From Octopus vulgaris (taxonomy: Eukaryota): DNA of 64,000 nucleotides. Shown piece after piece: positions 1-13,159 of this stretch (the first letter of the stretch is position 1; the number at the start of each line of letters is the position of its first letter). The notes under the pieces are model-generated. The model did not search any database. It had not been told where the DNA came from and was given only the letters and a program-made list of their open reading frames with translations. The stretch spans positions 25,048,001-25,112,000 of the forward strand of contig OX597817.1 in the NCBI GenBank assembly GCA_951406725.2. The letters run 5' to 3'. The translations under genes and the position numbers were made by a program.

Positions 1-290
1 TTGTGAGTGGATTTGGTAGACGGAAACTGAAAGAAGCCCGTCGTATATATATATATATATATATATATGCGTGTGTGTGTTTGTGCGTCTGTGTTTGTCC
101 CCCTAGTATTGCTTGACAACCGATGCTGGTGTGTTTATGTCCCCGTTACTTAGCGGTTCGGCAAAAGAGACCGATAGAATAAGTACTGGGCTTACAAAAG
201 AATAAGTCCCGGGGTCGAGTTGCTCGATTAAAGGCGGTGTTCCAGCATGGCCGCAGTCAAATGACTGAAACAAGTAAAAGAGAACAAGAG
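1..290 (+). mobile_element. tRNA-derived SINE family A (internal TA/TG microsatellite), cut by window edge
   Basis: Near-identical to the 3' part of full copies at 11838, 13160 and 39212. Confidence 0.9.
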
Positions 291-2080
291 AATAGATAGA
301 TAGATAGATAGACAGACAGATAGATGTATGGATACATACATACATACATACATACATAAATGCATGTGACGGGCCTCCACACAGTTTCTGTCAACTAAAT
401 TCCCTCAGAAGGTATTGGCCCAGAGCTACAGTAGAAGATACTTGCCCAAAAGATGTGCATCTTAACTATGCAACCATGCCGGTGAATGCAATAAACAGGC
501 AATAAATTTAGAATTCACGACATAAATTAAATTCTTTATAATAATGATTTATGATATCATCCATTACTGACGTCAACCTCTAGTTTCAAATTTCCCAACG
601 TTCGAAATATCTCTGAACCTTACGAAACCCATCCTCTTCTCATACTTCCTTTCACATACACTCACTATTCCTTCACATAATCTCCAAGATTTCTTACAAT
701 CCTCACTATTTGAGAAGCTGCCCTCAGCGAAACTCTGATGTAACTAACAGTCGTTCTGTTTAATGAATTCACATACGCACAATGATAGCTTGAGAAATAC
801 CTATAAATATATTTACAATATCGATTCAGATACTTCTCTCTTTGTCTCTCTCTCTCTCTCACTGTATGTATGTAGGGTGTATCAGTTTATGTCTGTGGTG
901 GGTGTTTTTAAATTTAGTTTCCTGCTGATTCTCCTCATAGAAGAGGAAGCATGAAATTGTCTTATCATTTATTTCTTAGACAGTTTGAGTGAATCTGCAG
1001 TGTTGCGTAGTCTAGCGTTAAATTAATATGGTTCAGCTCTACAGAACTGCACAGCCTTAAGGGGCTTTTATATTTAAAATAATTGAAAACCTCTTCTTCA
1101 TTTACCAAAGTGACTGATATATATTATAGTTCTTCATATTGTTATTAATATTTGTTCCTCCTATCTGCTTATATCTGTTGTTGAGGTGGCTATAGGGGTG
1201 CTTTATTTCTTTGTGTAATCTTATAGTATTTGAATTAACTTTGTCTAATTGCTTTTTTGTATTTTTTTGATAAAAAATGAGAAAGCGAAATACGTTCGAT
1301 ATTTGTGTTTACGCATTTTAAAATAGGTTTCCAGTAAATATTTTTGCATCAGACGCTTTCTCATTTTTTATATTTAAAATTCGTTAATCATATTTCTGTT
1401 CATTTAGAGTACCAACACTAGAATGATTAGAAAAGAATAAACGTAAAATTGTTTTATACGATACTTTCAAAGTATACAGTGATGTATTGAAATATATTAT
1501 TACGCAAAAAGGGCAATAAGAATATTAATTCTTTCCAAATATGGCACATGGCCAGTAATTTTGAGGAGAGGGTCTTAGCAGATTCCATTATCCTTAGTAC
1601 TTGACCAGTTCTTTAAAATTTAATGACCTGGAGCTGGGGCGAGGTTGATGAAAAGTAAAATTACCTCAGCGGTATTTAAAATCTGAACTTAAAGAGCTTG
1701 AATATATATGGGAACACTTTTTTCAAAACACGGATGATCCTACCAACTCGAAATAATAATAGTAATAATGGTAATAATAATGATAATAATAATAAGAAGA
1801 AGAAGAAGAATAAGAATAATAATTCCAGGCTTACAGGAAGTGCAAAAAATCGTATTAAATGGAACGGCTCATGTATTGAGAAGAGCACTATCGCTGTGAA
1901 AATAACATCCATCCATGAATTTATTTATTTGTTAATTTTTAACTTCATATTTTATCTGTGAATTTGCGCGTGTAATCTGGGAATGCATACAATGCCCTTC
2001 TCTGCCCTAGGTGTATAGAAACGGAAGAAAATTTGAAGAAAGAAGGAAAACGCATAATAATGATAATAATAATGATGATG

Positions 2081-2622
2081 ATAAATGCATTGATGCAGTA
2101 CCAGACAGTGGCTCTCATAGCTTCTAATTTTAACTGATTGGAAGTGTTATCATGTACATTGTTTTGTCTTGGTATAAAAGATGGGCTACAGCAAATATTC
2201 TGCTCCATACCATAGATTTGCTTGTCAGTTGCTTGACCTTAACCAGGTGACCACGTCCTTTAGTGGCTGACGATATTTGCATCTCGAGCAGAAGTAGCTG
2301 GGGAGCATCATAGCCGTGAGTTGAAAGGAATTCTTGGAGGTTTGGATAATTCACCTTTGGAAACATGGGTGGTGCGTTCAGCATCCTTAAACAACCCTTA
2401 TTCAGGGACCTTTAGAGCGGGATGGGCTACTCGACCAGAAGAAAATTCTAACTGGGCCTCACCTGCAAGGTCATGAGCTTGATATGAGATCACTATATCG
2501 CACATATGGTTGTGGTGCACGTGCCTGGTGTACCTTATCAGACAGGTAGTCATGATGGGTATACTGGGCTTCATATCTTTTACCCCAGTATCACTTTGAT
2601 GGCATGCACTGCTCTCTCACTC
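2081..2622 (+). mobile_element. Non-coding retroposon associated with (TAA)n tracts (family D)
   Basis: Flanked by (TAA/TGA)n and ends CTCTCTCACTC(AAT)n; homologous pieces at 4851-5078, 21720-21758 and 22695-22745. Confidence 0.7.
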
Positions 2623-2649
2623 AATAATAATAATAATAATAATAATAAT

Positions 2650-3040
2650 ATAGCATCAAAGAATTTGACAAACTAAGTAAATATAACGACCTGGAAATTG
2701 AAATACAAAAGATGTGATATCTTAAAACAAGAACTGTTTCTGTTACTGTAGGTGCCATAAGTATGATAAAAAAAGTGATGTCAGAAACATCTAGATGAGA
2801 TCCCAGAAGAACTATGTCTCAGAGAAATCCAAAAGATTGTACTGACAAGTACTGCCAACATCCTTAAAAAATCCTGTCCATTTAAATGTCTGCGTTGTAT
2901 ATTACATGAAGATATTTCGCTACTTCCCCTCCCTAAGCTTTCAGTTATAGTGTAACATCTTTTATCCTTCACTCACCCCAGGACACTTGGTGTGTCTCGG
3001 CAAGTGGTTGTAACAAACATACAGATTAAAAGTAATTAGT
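2650..3040 (+). mobile_element. R4/Dong-clade non-LTR retrotransposon 3' end (RLE endonuclease C-terminus), degraded
   Basis: Translates SIKEFDKLSKYNDLEIEIQKM*YLKTRTVSVTVGA...EIQKIVLTSTANILKK; (TAA)n on both sides. Confidence 0.8.
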
Positions 3041-3069
3041 AATAATAATAATAATAATAATAATAATGG

Positions 3070-3740
3070 AAATTATCTATAAAAAATTTTTTTAATGTAT
3101 CATGTAGATGTAACTTTTGACGCAAAAATGCTACAAGTGTTCAAAAATTTGATAATTTTCAGCCAATCAGAAAACAGCGTGTTCGCTTCCTCTTCCATCA
3201 TCAGGGAAGTGGGAGGCATTGCGCACACATACACACCTATACTCAGACATGAAACTGTTTGATTTTTCTTTTCAGCATTGAATGTTCACCATCCCACTAT
3301 CATTGCACACACACACACACACACACATTCTCGTACCTCCCTTTTACATACACACACATTCTCGTACCTCCCATTTACATACACACACATATACTCACAC
3401 AGAGCAGAAACGCTCCCACTAAAAGTTTCCTTCTTTATTCACTATTCTCTTTCATATGTTGTGACGGAGAAAAACACTATAGCTAGAAGATCATCGTTCT
3501 CATATCTCCTTCTCCACCTTGTGCGCATGCGCAGCATCTTTAGTTACTATGGAAAACAGCGCTTTTCGCCACGGTGATGTGTAAAATACTCGCTTCTGAT
3601 TGGCTAAAATACCCAAATTTTGCAAATTTTAACGGCTAATAACTTTTTAATTATTGATTTATAGGGAAAATTAATTTTATTTTCATAATTAGTATACAAA
3701 ACTTAATCCATATTGCAAATTTGAAAAAAATCGGAAACTG
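3070..3740. mobile_element. Probable MITE / non-autonomous DNA transposon with imperfect inverted repeats
   Basis: AAAATTTGATAATTTTCAGCCAATCAGAA (~3144-3172) versus TTCTGATTGGCTAAAATACCCAAATTTT (~3594-3621); ends not defined. Confidence 0.45.
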
Positions 3741-4850
3741 TGACGAAAACCACAAAGATCCATAAATTGCAACAAAGGTACAAACAACTTGTATTTTATG
3801 CTCTCGTATGACAGAGCCGTGTCTTAATACGACATCTGACCATTGAACTATCCACTTGTCAATCGATAATCTACATCGTCGGTATGTCTTGTTTTATAGG
3901 ACTAGGGTGTAGTTGAAAAATGTTGAATGCTCGGTGTTTAGTTTTATTTCGTTATCCTGAAACATTTGTTGAAAGGGTTTTCGTTATAAAGAAACTCATT
4001 GAACATTGTTACAGCAAATAGGTTCACAGTTGATGATTAGAACAAGTTTTGCTATTCTAAAAAATTGTTATATTTTTCGTTCTAAAGGTATTACTGGCTA
4101 ACGTGTTGAAATTACGGTCGAAAGCGCTGACAGCTCTTATCATGTTATTCATCTGTACAGAGTCAATCTGCAATCATTATTTAAAATATTCTTTTCAAAT
4201 ATTTTGACTGTATGAAGAATATTTTTGTTTGATATAATCATTAACACACTCTCATATGCACACGTGAGTATATAAATATGTGTGTGCACTTATATATTTT
4301 TTGATATCAAACGAAATAGAATTTATGATACAATCACAACGTTTGTAAAAAAAAGTGTTACTAATGCAGAATAACACAGTAGTTGATAACTAATATAATA
4401 AAAATAGTCAGCGCTTTTATCCATCATGCTGGCTCTTCAGTCAGTCTTATTTTGGTGTGATAACGACTGTTATCAATGACATCAAGTTAGAGTAACTATT
4501 TGGTAGCGTTTATGAGTATTTGTTTCCGGTTATGTTTCGGAGAGGAAATATTTGTAAAGTGTTATTCTACCGCTCACAAGTGTTCATCTTTGTTTAGAAA
4601 AGAGTGGAAATTTAAACTCTCCATTTGCAAAAATTTCAAAATCTTTGTAGCATTTTTAATTGACGAACTTGACTATGCTTTTGGCTGCCATAAGGTGACT
4701 ATTAGGGACATAAGGTGACATCGGACATAAGGTGACTATTAGGGATCATGCTTTAACTAGTTCTAATGATATTAATTTTGTCCCTTTTGAAATACAGAAC
4801 TGTAGTGCAGTATTTTATTCTTCCTTTATTATTGTTATTATTATTATTAT

Positions 4851-5078
4851 TGAGTGAGAGAGCAGTGCATGCCATCAAAGTGACACTGGGGTAAAATATA
4901 CGAAGCCCAGTATACCCATCATGACTACCCGTCTCAGAAGGGTACACCAGGCACACGCATCACAACCATATGTGCGCGGCATGGTGATCTCATGTCAAGA
5001 TAAACAGCGCATGACCTTGCAGGTGGGCCCAGTTAGAATTTCCTTCTGGTCGAGTAGCCGATCCCACTCAAAAGGTTC
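4851..5078 (-). mobile_element. Truncated copy of family D inside (TTA)n
   Basis: Reverse complement of ~2405-2622; (TTA)n on both sides. Confidence 0.8.
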
Positions 5079-5079
5079 C

Positions 5080-5113
<34 letters not shown>

Positions 5114-5149
5114 CATTATTATTATTATTATTATTATTATTTTGCTCTG

Positions 5150-7950
5150 CAAGTCTTATTTGCACTGATTTCTAAAATATTTTGATTTTTCTTGAATTTC
5201 ATAATTCAACTATATTCCATAAAATCACACATACTTTATACGCCTGATTTGTTCTTCTGGCCTAATTGCGGCTTTTGTTAGAAGTCTTTTTAATGCTAAT
5301 AATTTCATTCTTTAATATTGCTCATGTTTTTGGGGTGATAGAGGTTTTGAAGATATAATTTTGCATGACCTTCTTTTCACTATAAGTTTCTTCTTAAATC
5401 ATGAATTGTGATTGTTTTGTCTTGGTATGGTGCTATTTACCATGTCTTTCAACATTTTTGCTCGGAACAAATTTTTAGGGCTCTTCAACTGGTCTTATTC
5501 GTCAAGTTAAATCTATGTCTTGTACATATGTCATGCCATTTTAAACGAGATAATACTTTGTATGGGATGGATAGCAAGGCCTAAAATCTAGAAACTGGTG
5601 TATACCTGGTTGTTTTCTTTATTAATGCAAGCGTAGGTGTGTGGTGAGAAGTTTACTTCACAGCCATAATTCAGTGTCACTGCATGGCATTTAGGCACAT
5701 GAATTCTACTATTAGTACAGGTCGACTGAAACCTTGTGAGATTTGGTAGACAAAAACTGAAAATAAGCCTGTCATATATATAGCTTGCTTACAAACTACA
5801 TGGTTCCGGGTTCAGTTCGACTGCGTGGAACTTTGGGCCAACCAAAGCCTTGTGAGTGGATTTGGTAGACGGAAACTGAAAGAAGCCCGTCGGATATCTA
5901 TCTATCTATATATATATATATATATATGTGTGTGTGCGTGCGTGCGTGTATATGTTTATGTGTCTGTAAGTTTCCCTCCAACATCGCTTGACAACCGATG
6001 CTGGTGTGTTTACGTCCACGTAACATTAGCGGTTCGGCAAAAAGAGACCGATAGAATAAGTACTGGGCTTACAAAGACTAAGTCCTGGGGTCGATGTGCT
6101 CGACTAAAGGCGGGGGTCCAGCATAGCCACAGTCAAATGACTGAAACAAGCAAAAGATAAAGGTTAGTAGAGAACGTTTGCTTTAATTTCATTTTATTTA
6201 ATTGAACGTCCGAAAATTGAAGATTCCTTTCTAATACTTCCATTGTGAATTTAACGAGCTCAGTAATTTTATTAACTAGTCTGTAGAATCTTGTAAATTC
6301 CTTCATTTTTATTACAAAATATAATTATTATCGAGGCATCCTTTTCAGTTTTCTATTAAATAAGTTTCTAAACTCTTTTAATAAAACAAATGTCAGACCA
6401 AATAATTTTTTTCTTAAATAAATACTAAGACTAGTGTCACAAAATTTGGAAAAGGGCTACTTTTGTTCTCATTGCTGTCCTTTTTTGTTTCTTTCCTTCT
6501 ACGAAGAGGGAAAATGTACTTGTGACACTTTACCGAGCCTCCAGTTTTTGTGGAACAGAAGGAGGATGGTATCCTCAAACCGAAGGTCTGGTCTAAATTC
6601 TTGCAACAGATTGGACATAGCAAAGAGTACCCAGGGTGTCAGGTGAAAGTGTTAAACTGACAGAGAAATTAAAAGTCTAATGCAACACAGTTGCATTAGA
6701 CGGCAAGGCAGCTTTTGAACACATTTAAAAAAATTAAAACAATGCTCGTCTTATACACCAGCAAATATTGTGCTTCAATAGAGAATTTCAAAGCAAGAGA
6801 AAAATCACTGGTGAAGATTTAGTCTGACGCCAGAAAATAAATTTTTATACCATCAAGATTACCTCTGAACTGAGAAGAAATAAAGTTGAAATAAAGAACT
6901 CGCATAACAGATTATTTTCAATTAATTTATGGTTTCATACTTTATTTAGGTATACAGTCACATCTGATTATATGACTAACACATTTTCCCGTACAAAACC
7001 ACTTTAAGCTATCTTTCAAAAAATGCATAAACAACTCTGTCAAATTTACGTATACCACAAAATGTTTGCAAAAAGTGTATCTTATGCGAGAGCGCAGTTC
7101 AGAATTCAATCACCTCCATTTCTCATTTATGTCAAATGACTTTTTGTAGAGACTGCTCACGTCAAAACTCTGATCGTTTTTCATATGTACTCAGTTATGT
7201 AATTTAAACAGACCATTTAATCTCTGGCAGCCAATTTTCATAATATTTTCGATATAATATTCAATAAATTGTTTAACTGTAACTCAATGCCGATCCTGTA
7301 ACAATTGGGTATAATTTTAAATCTGATTGTTTTGAAATCCTTCCTATATCATATGAAGATCTTCCAAACTTTTATGATTTTTCTTACGATTATGAATTTT
7401 CTCAAAATTATGGAATTTTTGACAATTTGTAAAACTTGCTTGTTTTTATCTTGAAATTATTTAAACAATCCAATTCTTTTCCATTTAAATTATTTAAGCA
7501 TTTCCCATTTATTTACCATTTTTGATCATTGTTCGTCATCTGTATGAGAATCTAATTTTATGTTTTGTTTTTCAGAAACGTCACTGTTCATTATTTAATT
7601 GAAGACAATTTCCCTACAATGGATCGGGTCCATTATTAATTCAAACGCAAATGCTTTGTAAGATTCATCAATTAATATAGAGAGAGAATTCATTCGGTAG
7701 ATGTTTCAATGTCTTATTTGAATTTTTCAGTATTTGTTTTTATATGATTTGTTGCACTATTTGAGTTTGATTATATTTTGAGATTCCTCTAAATATTTTT
7801 TTCTGTTCATCGCACAAAAGTAATGAATTACTCTCATTCTAACAGGAAGATTTCACATAATTGAAATTTACTACAACATTATTCACTATACTACCTAACC
7901 AGATCTTTTGTATTAAATCTGGAGTTGGTTCAAATTCAAGTCATTTATGC
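5150..7950 (-). pseudogene. Fossil Penelope-like element (PLE) reverse transcriptase ORF, interrupted by SINEs
   Basis: Colinear minus-strand motifs: LEFEPTP (7918-7940), TSKFYKLSKI (7414-7443), LKLYPIVTG (7294-7320), SFDVSSLY (7146-7169), QKRTAMRTKVA (6455-6487), KGCLDNNYIL (6315-6344), KFTMEVLERNLQFSDV (6205-6252), HQFLDFRPCYPSHTK (5556-5600). Confidence 0.8.
5630..6160 (+). mobile_element. Two adjacent SINE family A copies (old 5630-5780, younger 5783-6160)
   Basis: Match to other family A copies; they interrupt the PLE ORF. Confidence 0.85.
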
Positions 7951-10900
7951 TTGAAACTGACGATCTCTAACAACTAATTTTTGCTTCACAATCCATTCTT
8001 CCCTTTTATCTCTGTACCAATATCTCGGAAAGATTGTTCCAAGTTACTGATGTGTCTAGTAGTATTATTATACCACCTTCCTTAGTTTACTGGTTTGTTT
8101 CAAACCGATTGATATAATCTCACTTGGCATGTCCTGCTATTATGTCATATTCTTTCATTGATATTGTTCATAAACGGGCTACGGAAGAATTGCTTTTTTG
8201 TTTTTGTAGTGTGCTCTCCTTGTTATGAATTATTGACTTTCTATCCTTTCTTGACTTCGTCTACGTATGAATGGATATTACTTGTCATAGTTCTTTGGCT
8301 CCTTTTTGATCTGTATCTTGAACGATTTCAAAAGGAGTTTTAATTTTTTGTATTGTCAAATTTCTTTTTTGTATCTTGACTTACTTTTCACTACTTCTTT
8401 TCGGTAATTATTTTCGTACTCGAGTAACCACAATTTATTCAGTTCAATCTGTTTGATTTTGCTTCTTTTGTACATTATTCCATCTAATTCTAATATTTTT
8501 CTCTCTTTTCATTCGTGTATTTAGCAATTTATTCCTGTTTCACAACGTACCATTTGTCAAAGATATTTCTGAGTTTCAGTACTACGAATCAGATTAAGTT
8601 GATTTCAGATTCAAATTCCTTGGGAGTAAGTTTTATTCTGATTTTATTTTCTTCATTTGGTACTGATCCTTATTAGTTTGGCAAATTTGCGTGTCAAATA
8701 ACTTGTTCAAAAAGTTGCACTTTTTTTATATGTATTCCCAGTTTTTCGTTCATAGCAACATTTCAATGTTTTTATCCCTTTAACTTACGAATATGGACAT
8801 ATCTTTTTAATTTAGTTTGTCCTTTTGTATGCTCTGTTTCCAATTTGAATGTTTCTTTCCCATTTTTATCACAGTAGATTATTTTGCAGTGTCTGCAGTA
8901 TGCCCCAATGTTAAAACACCCTTCTTTATGCTTGTGAGCATGAGTTTGTTGTTCTATTTCTCAAACAGCTGATGTAATTGAATTGTACTTGCTTAAAAAA
9001 ATCGACAATTCATATGATATTTCTGCTTTTGTATCACTGGATTGAATATGTACTTGGTAAGGTCAAAATAATCTCAACAATATATTTTAAAAAGATTACT
9101 CAACTGTGGTGAACCGTAAGGTGAGGACTGTTAGCGTTTTTAGTTGTCATGACTCACTTCGGACACAGACCATGTGTTGGTAACCAGCTGGAAAAGATGT
9201 TTTCCTGGAGCTAAAAAGTAGTAACATCATCCTGTGTAGGACTGTCATATTGTGTTGGAAAATAAATTTTCTTGTTGTACGATAGTTAGCTTTAAATATC
9301 TGGAGAGCAATTAGAAGCATTTATTTCTAGATTAGTTTTGAATTAAGAAGAAAAGTAAAACTACATAAAATACATTTGCTTAGCCTAACTGTTCATTTTT
9401 CCTTTATTTTGGATCATAGGAATATTTTAAGTTTCCCTTTTACTCAAATATTAACATGTCAATATGACCACATGTATATGAAGACGAAATATACTAAATA
9501 GATTGAGCCTTAACTTAATGTAGATTATTTCGGTCCTTGTTTGATCGACATAGTTGTCATTGGAAAAAGGATCTCACTACATACCTTGTGCATCAATAAT
9601 TTGCAGTATTATAACTTATGAATGTTTCTACCAACTTATTTTCTATATATCAGGCTTGACTGCTTCCCAAATGAAAGTAGAGTATTTCCTGCCTAAGCAC
9701 TTATCTTTGGTAAGTTTATTTTGATATTTTTCAATCCCACGCTTTCATTCCACGTCTGGAATTCCTTCCCTAAATTATCCAAATATGCATATGAGTGCAT
9801 AAAAACATATTTACTTACATGTGAGTGTGTTTTTATAGATATGTATATAACAGTTTCCCGTCAAATACAAAGGGTAAAGAACACAAATGCCACAGTTATA
9901 CGTATTGGTTTCAAAGTTCAGCACAAGGCAAGCAGTTATTGAGAAGGGGCTAAGTTGTTTGCATCGACCCCAGTGCTCAACTAGTGCTCATTTTATTGAC
10001 TCAGAAAGGGGGAAAGGCAAAGTCGACCTCAGAGGATCACAGCTAAATGAGTGAACTTTGAGCAGGGTTCTTTCCTTTACAGAGGCATATTTATTGGGAG
10101 TTGTTAAGAATAATAATTTACTAGTCAAGTACCAACGATACATAAATAGATCTATATGGCATTCTAAATATGGTTGAATTGTTGAATTAATAAAAGTCTT
10201 GCTCATTACATCTTGGAAACAAAACAGTTATGCGTGCCCTAGAGACCCAGTTGGTTATGTAATGCCTTGCCCCTGTCACTCTCTAACATGTAGTAAGAAA
10301 AGAATCTAGCTGCATAAAACTCCAATAGTAATAGGAATATGCAAATAACCAAATTAATAAAAATGTAAAAAAAAGAAGAAAAAAACAATGCCATTGTACC
10401 AAAATTACTTTGAAAAAGTGAATATAAAATAATAAAAATAAAAGAATATGATAGTTTTTTCCTCAAATGATTTAATTTTTCTCTTCCTACATGCATTAGC
10501 AAAGAGAATGCCAGTTTCAAGTAATAATTGAAACAGATGTCAACAGTGACATTCACAACAAGACAATAAATATATTTGCTAAGGTAAAAACAATAAACGT
10601 ATTTGTTAAGGTTATTTTTAACATTTTAACTTGTCAATAACAAAGAATAAAATTATCCAAGTTTCTTTGGAATTATGGTGGGAGTTTGAATTTCAGAACT
10701 ACTTAAATTAAGAAATATAATCAGCGAAAACAACCAAACTGTTTATGATGCAAAGAAATAAAATATGAAGGGAAAACAAAACAAATTATAATAATAATAA
10801 AATTAAAAAGGAAAAAAAAAATAAACAGAAATAGTTTTTTGACAAGAGAAATACATTTTTTGTGCTTTTAAAGTCAAAGAAATAAATTAAAATGATTTAC

Positions 10901-11471
10901 AGCCAATGATTACGTTGGTGATTTAGTGATTATCAATAAATACATAAATAAATAAAGACATATACATAAGCAGCCGCAGAGAAAGGATGAACACAAAGTG
11001 TAAGACGACGTCTAAAATCAATTAATTTCATTGGAATGACAATCTTCTTCTAATTGATGAAATAGGAGCTATATTAAAATATAGGAAATTCTGTGAAAAG
11101 GTTAATAGCAAAAGCAAAGGATTTGACTATTTTTAAAATACAAATTTGTTTTGTAAGTCATCAAAATGACAGGACAGTGACAATATGTTAAATGTATGGG
11201 CTTAGCTTTGTTAATATTTATTTTCTAGTTTATTTGTTTCATATATTGTTTGATTTTTGTTTTGTTTTTATTTTTAGATATTTGCAATTTATTAATTCTA
11301 ATTGCTGTCAACAAATATATTGCAATTTCATTACAATTGGGTGCCAAAAGAATGACTGTTAATTTTCATTCTTTCCATCTCACTCCTTCACTTTCTCCCC
11401 TTCATATTTATGTACCCAAGCATACACATAAAGATATATATATATACACACACGCACGTGTATGCTTCATA

Positions 11472-11521
<50 letters not shown>

Positions 11522-11837
11522 CATATATATCTATATTAATATATATGTATGATTGTATACACATATACTTCCACTCATATAGATATATAACTTTTTTGAT
11601 TAGCTAGGAATAATACAGAGTTACTAAAGTCCATTGAGTTTCATACTTAAGCACTTATCAAACTTAACAAACTGGCAATAAGGTAAGAATGATTTCTTAT
11701 ACTCAAATAAAGAATATACTGGAAAACAGCCATAACTAATTCATGATGGCAGGGCATAAATCTGATAACACCAGGACACAAAGAATATTAATACACTATA
11801 GATTATTAATAAGTAGAATGTTTACATATGAATATAA

Positions 11838-12235
11838 GGTGCAGGAGTCGCTGTGTGGTAAGTAGCTTTGTTTACCAACCACATGGTTCCGGGTTCAGTC
11901 CCACTGCGCGGCATCTTGGGCAAGTGTCTTCTACTATAGCCTCGGGCCGACCAAAGCCTTGTGAGTGGATTTGGTAGACGGAAACTGAAAGAAGCCCGTC
12001 GTATATATGTATATATATGTATGTGCGTGTATGTTTGTGTGTCTGTGTTTGTCCCCCAACATTGCTTAACAACCGATGCTGGTGTATTTACGTCCCCGTC
12101 AATTAGCGGTTCGGCAAAAGAGACCGATAGAATAAGTACTGGGTTTACAAAGAATAAGTCCCGGGGTCGAGTTGCTCGATTAAAGGCGGTGCTCCAGCAT
12201 GGCTGCAGTCAAAATTACTGAAACAAGTAAAATAA
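11838..12235 (+). mobile_element. SINE family A, full length
   Basis: tRNA-like head with A-box-like GTCGCTGTGTGG and B-box-like GGTTCAGTCCC, CORE-like TTGGGCAAGT, internal microsatellite, A-rich tail. Confidence 0.92.
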
Positions 12236-12540
12236 GAAATATATGCATGTACAAATGCTTAGCCGTATTTTCACATAAAAGAATAATTGAATGATATATG
12301 AATGTTAACACACACAAACATAAATAAGCACGCACTCACATATTCATAAAATATATATGCATACATGTGTGTGAGAGAGAGAGTGTGTTGATATGGGGTA
12401 CATATGGTTTCATGGGGTGTATATAAATATAGTCATATTGTATGAGAAAGGAAAGCATGTGGGGAGATGAAATGGAAGGTAAGAAAAAGGACTGAAGCAA
12501 ACAATAAATGGTAAAAAAAACCAGAAAAATAAAGATATAC

Positions 12541-12739
12541 TTTTACTCTTTTACTTGTTTAAGTCATTTGATTGCGGCCATGCTGGAGCACCGCCTTTAG
12601 TTGAGCAAAACGAACCCCAGGATTTATTCTTTGTAAGCCCAGTACTTATTCTATCCATCTCTTTTGCTGAACCGCTAAGTTACGGCATCATTTGTCAAGC
12701 GATGTTGGTGGGGAAAAACACAGACACACAGACACATAA

Positions 12740-12776
<37 letters not shown>

Positions 12777-12948
12777 CATATATACGATGGGCTTCTTTCA
12801 GTTTCTGTCTACCAAATCCACTCACAAGGCTTTGGTTGGCCTGAGGCTATAGTAGAAGACACTTGCACAAGGTGCCATGCAGTGGGACTGAACCTGGAAC
12901 CAAGTGGTTGGTAAGTAAGCTACTTATCACACAGCCACTCCTGTGCCT
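12541..12948 (-). mobile_element. SINE family A, near full length
   Basis: Reverse complement of 11838-12235. Confidence 0.9.
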
Positions 12949-12960
12949 AAAAAGAAGGCA

Positions 12961-13014
12961 TTCCCATGCCGGGAATCGAACCCAAGCCGCCTGGGTGAAA
13001 GCCAGGAATCCTAG
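12961..13014 (-). pseudogene. 5'-truncated tRNA-Glu(TTC) pseudogene
   Basis: Minus strand CTAGGATTCCTGG-CTTTCAC-CCAGGCGGCTTGGG-TTCGATT-CCCGGCATGGGAA; anticodon TTC at 12997-12999; no CCA; followed by TGCCTTCTTTTT. Confidence 0.88.
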
Positions 13015-13159
13015 TAAAGCTTGCTTCCCAGTCATAAGGCTCTAGGTTAAGTCTCACTGCATAACAATTTTGACTAGTGTTTTCTACTATAGCCATGGGC
13101 CAACGAAAGCCTTGTGATTGGATTTGGCAAACAGAAAGTGAAAGAAGTATGTTGTGTAT

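Noticed and set aside
666-760. Possible minus-strand exon ending at a GTGAGT donor
   Set aside because: A single splice signal with no recognisable coding content.
2266-2300. CTGACGA word (similar words at 18615, 28635 and 32856)
   Set aside because: No stem II followed by GAAA and no closing stem I, so these are not hammerheads.
4689-4745. Short tandem repeats of CATAAGGTGAC (other micro-duplications at 31767-31804 and 57051-57083)
   Set aside because: Ordinary slippage duplications with no further structure.
11872-12221. Recurrent ORFs such as [23 protein letters not shown]
   Set aside because: Chance frames within non-coding SINE family A, not a gene family.
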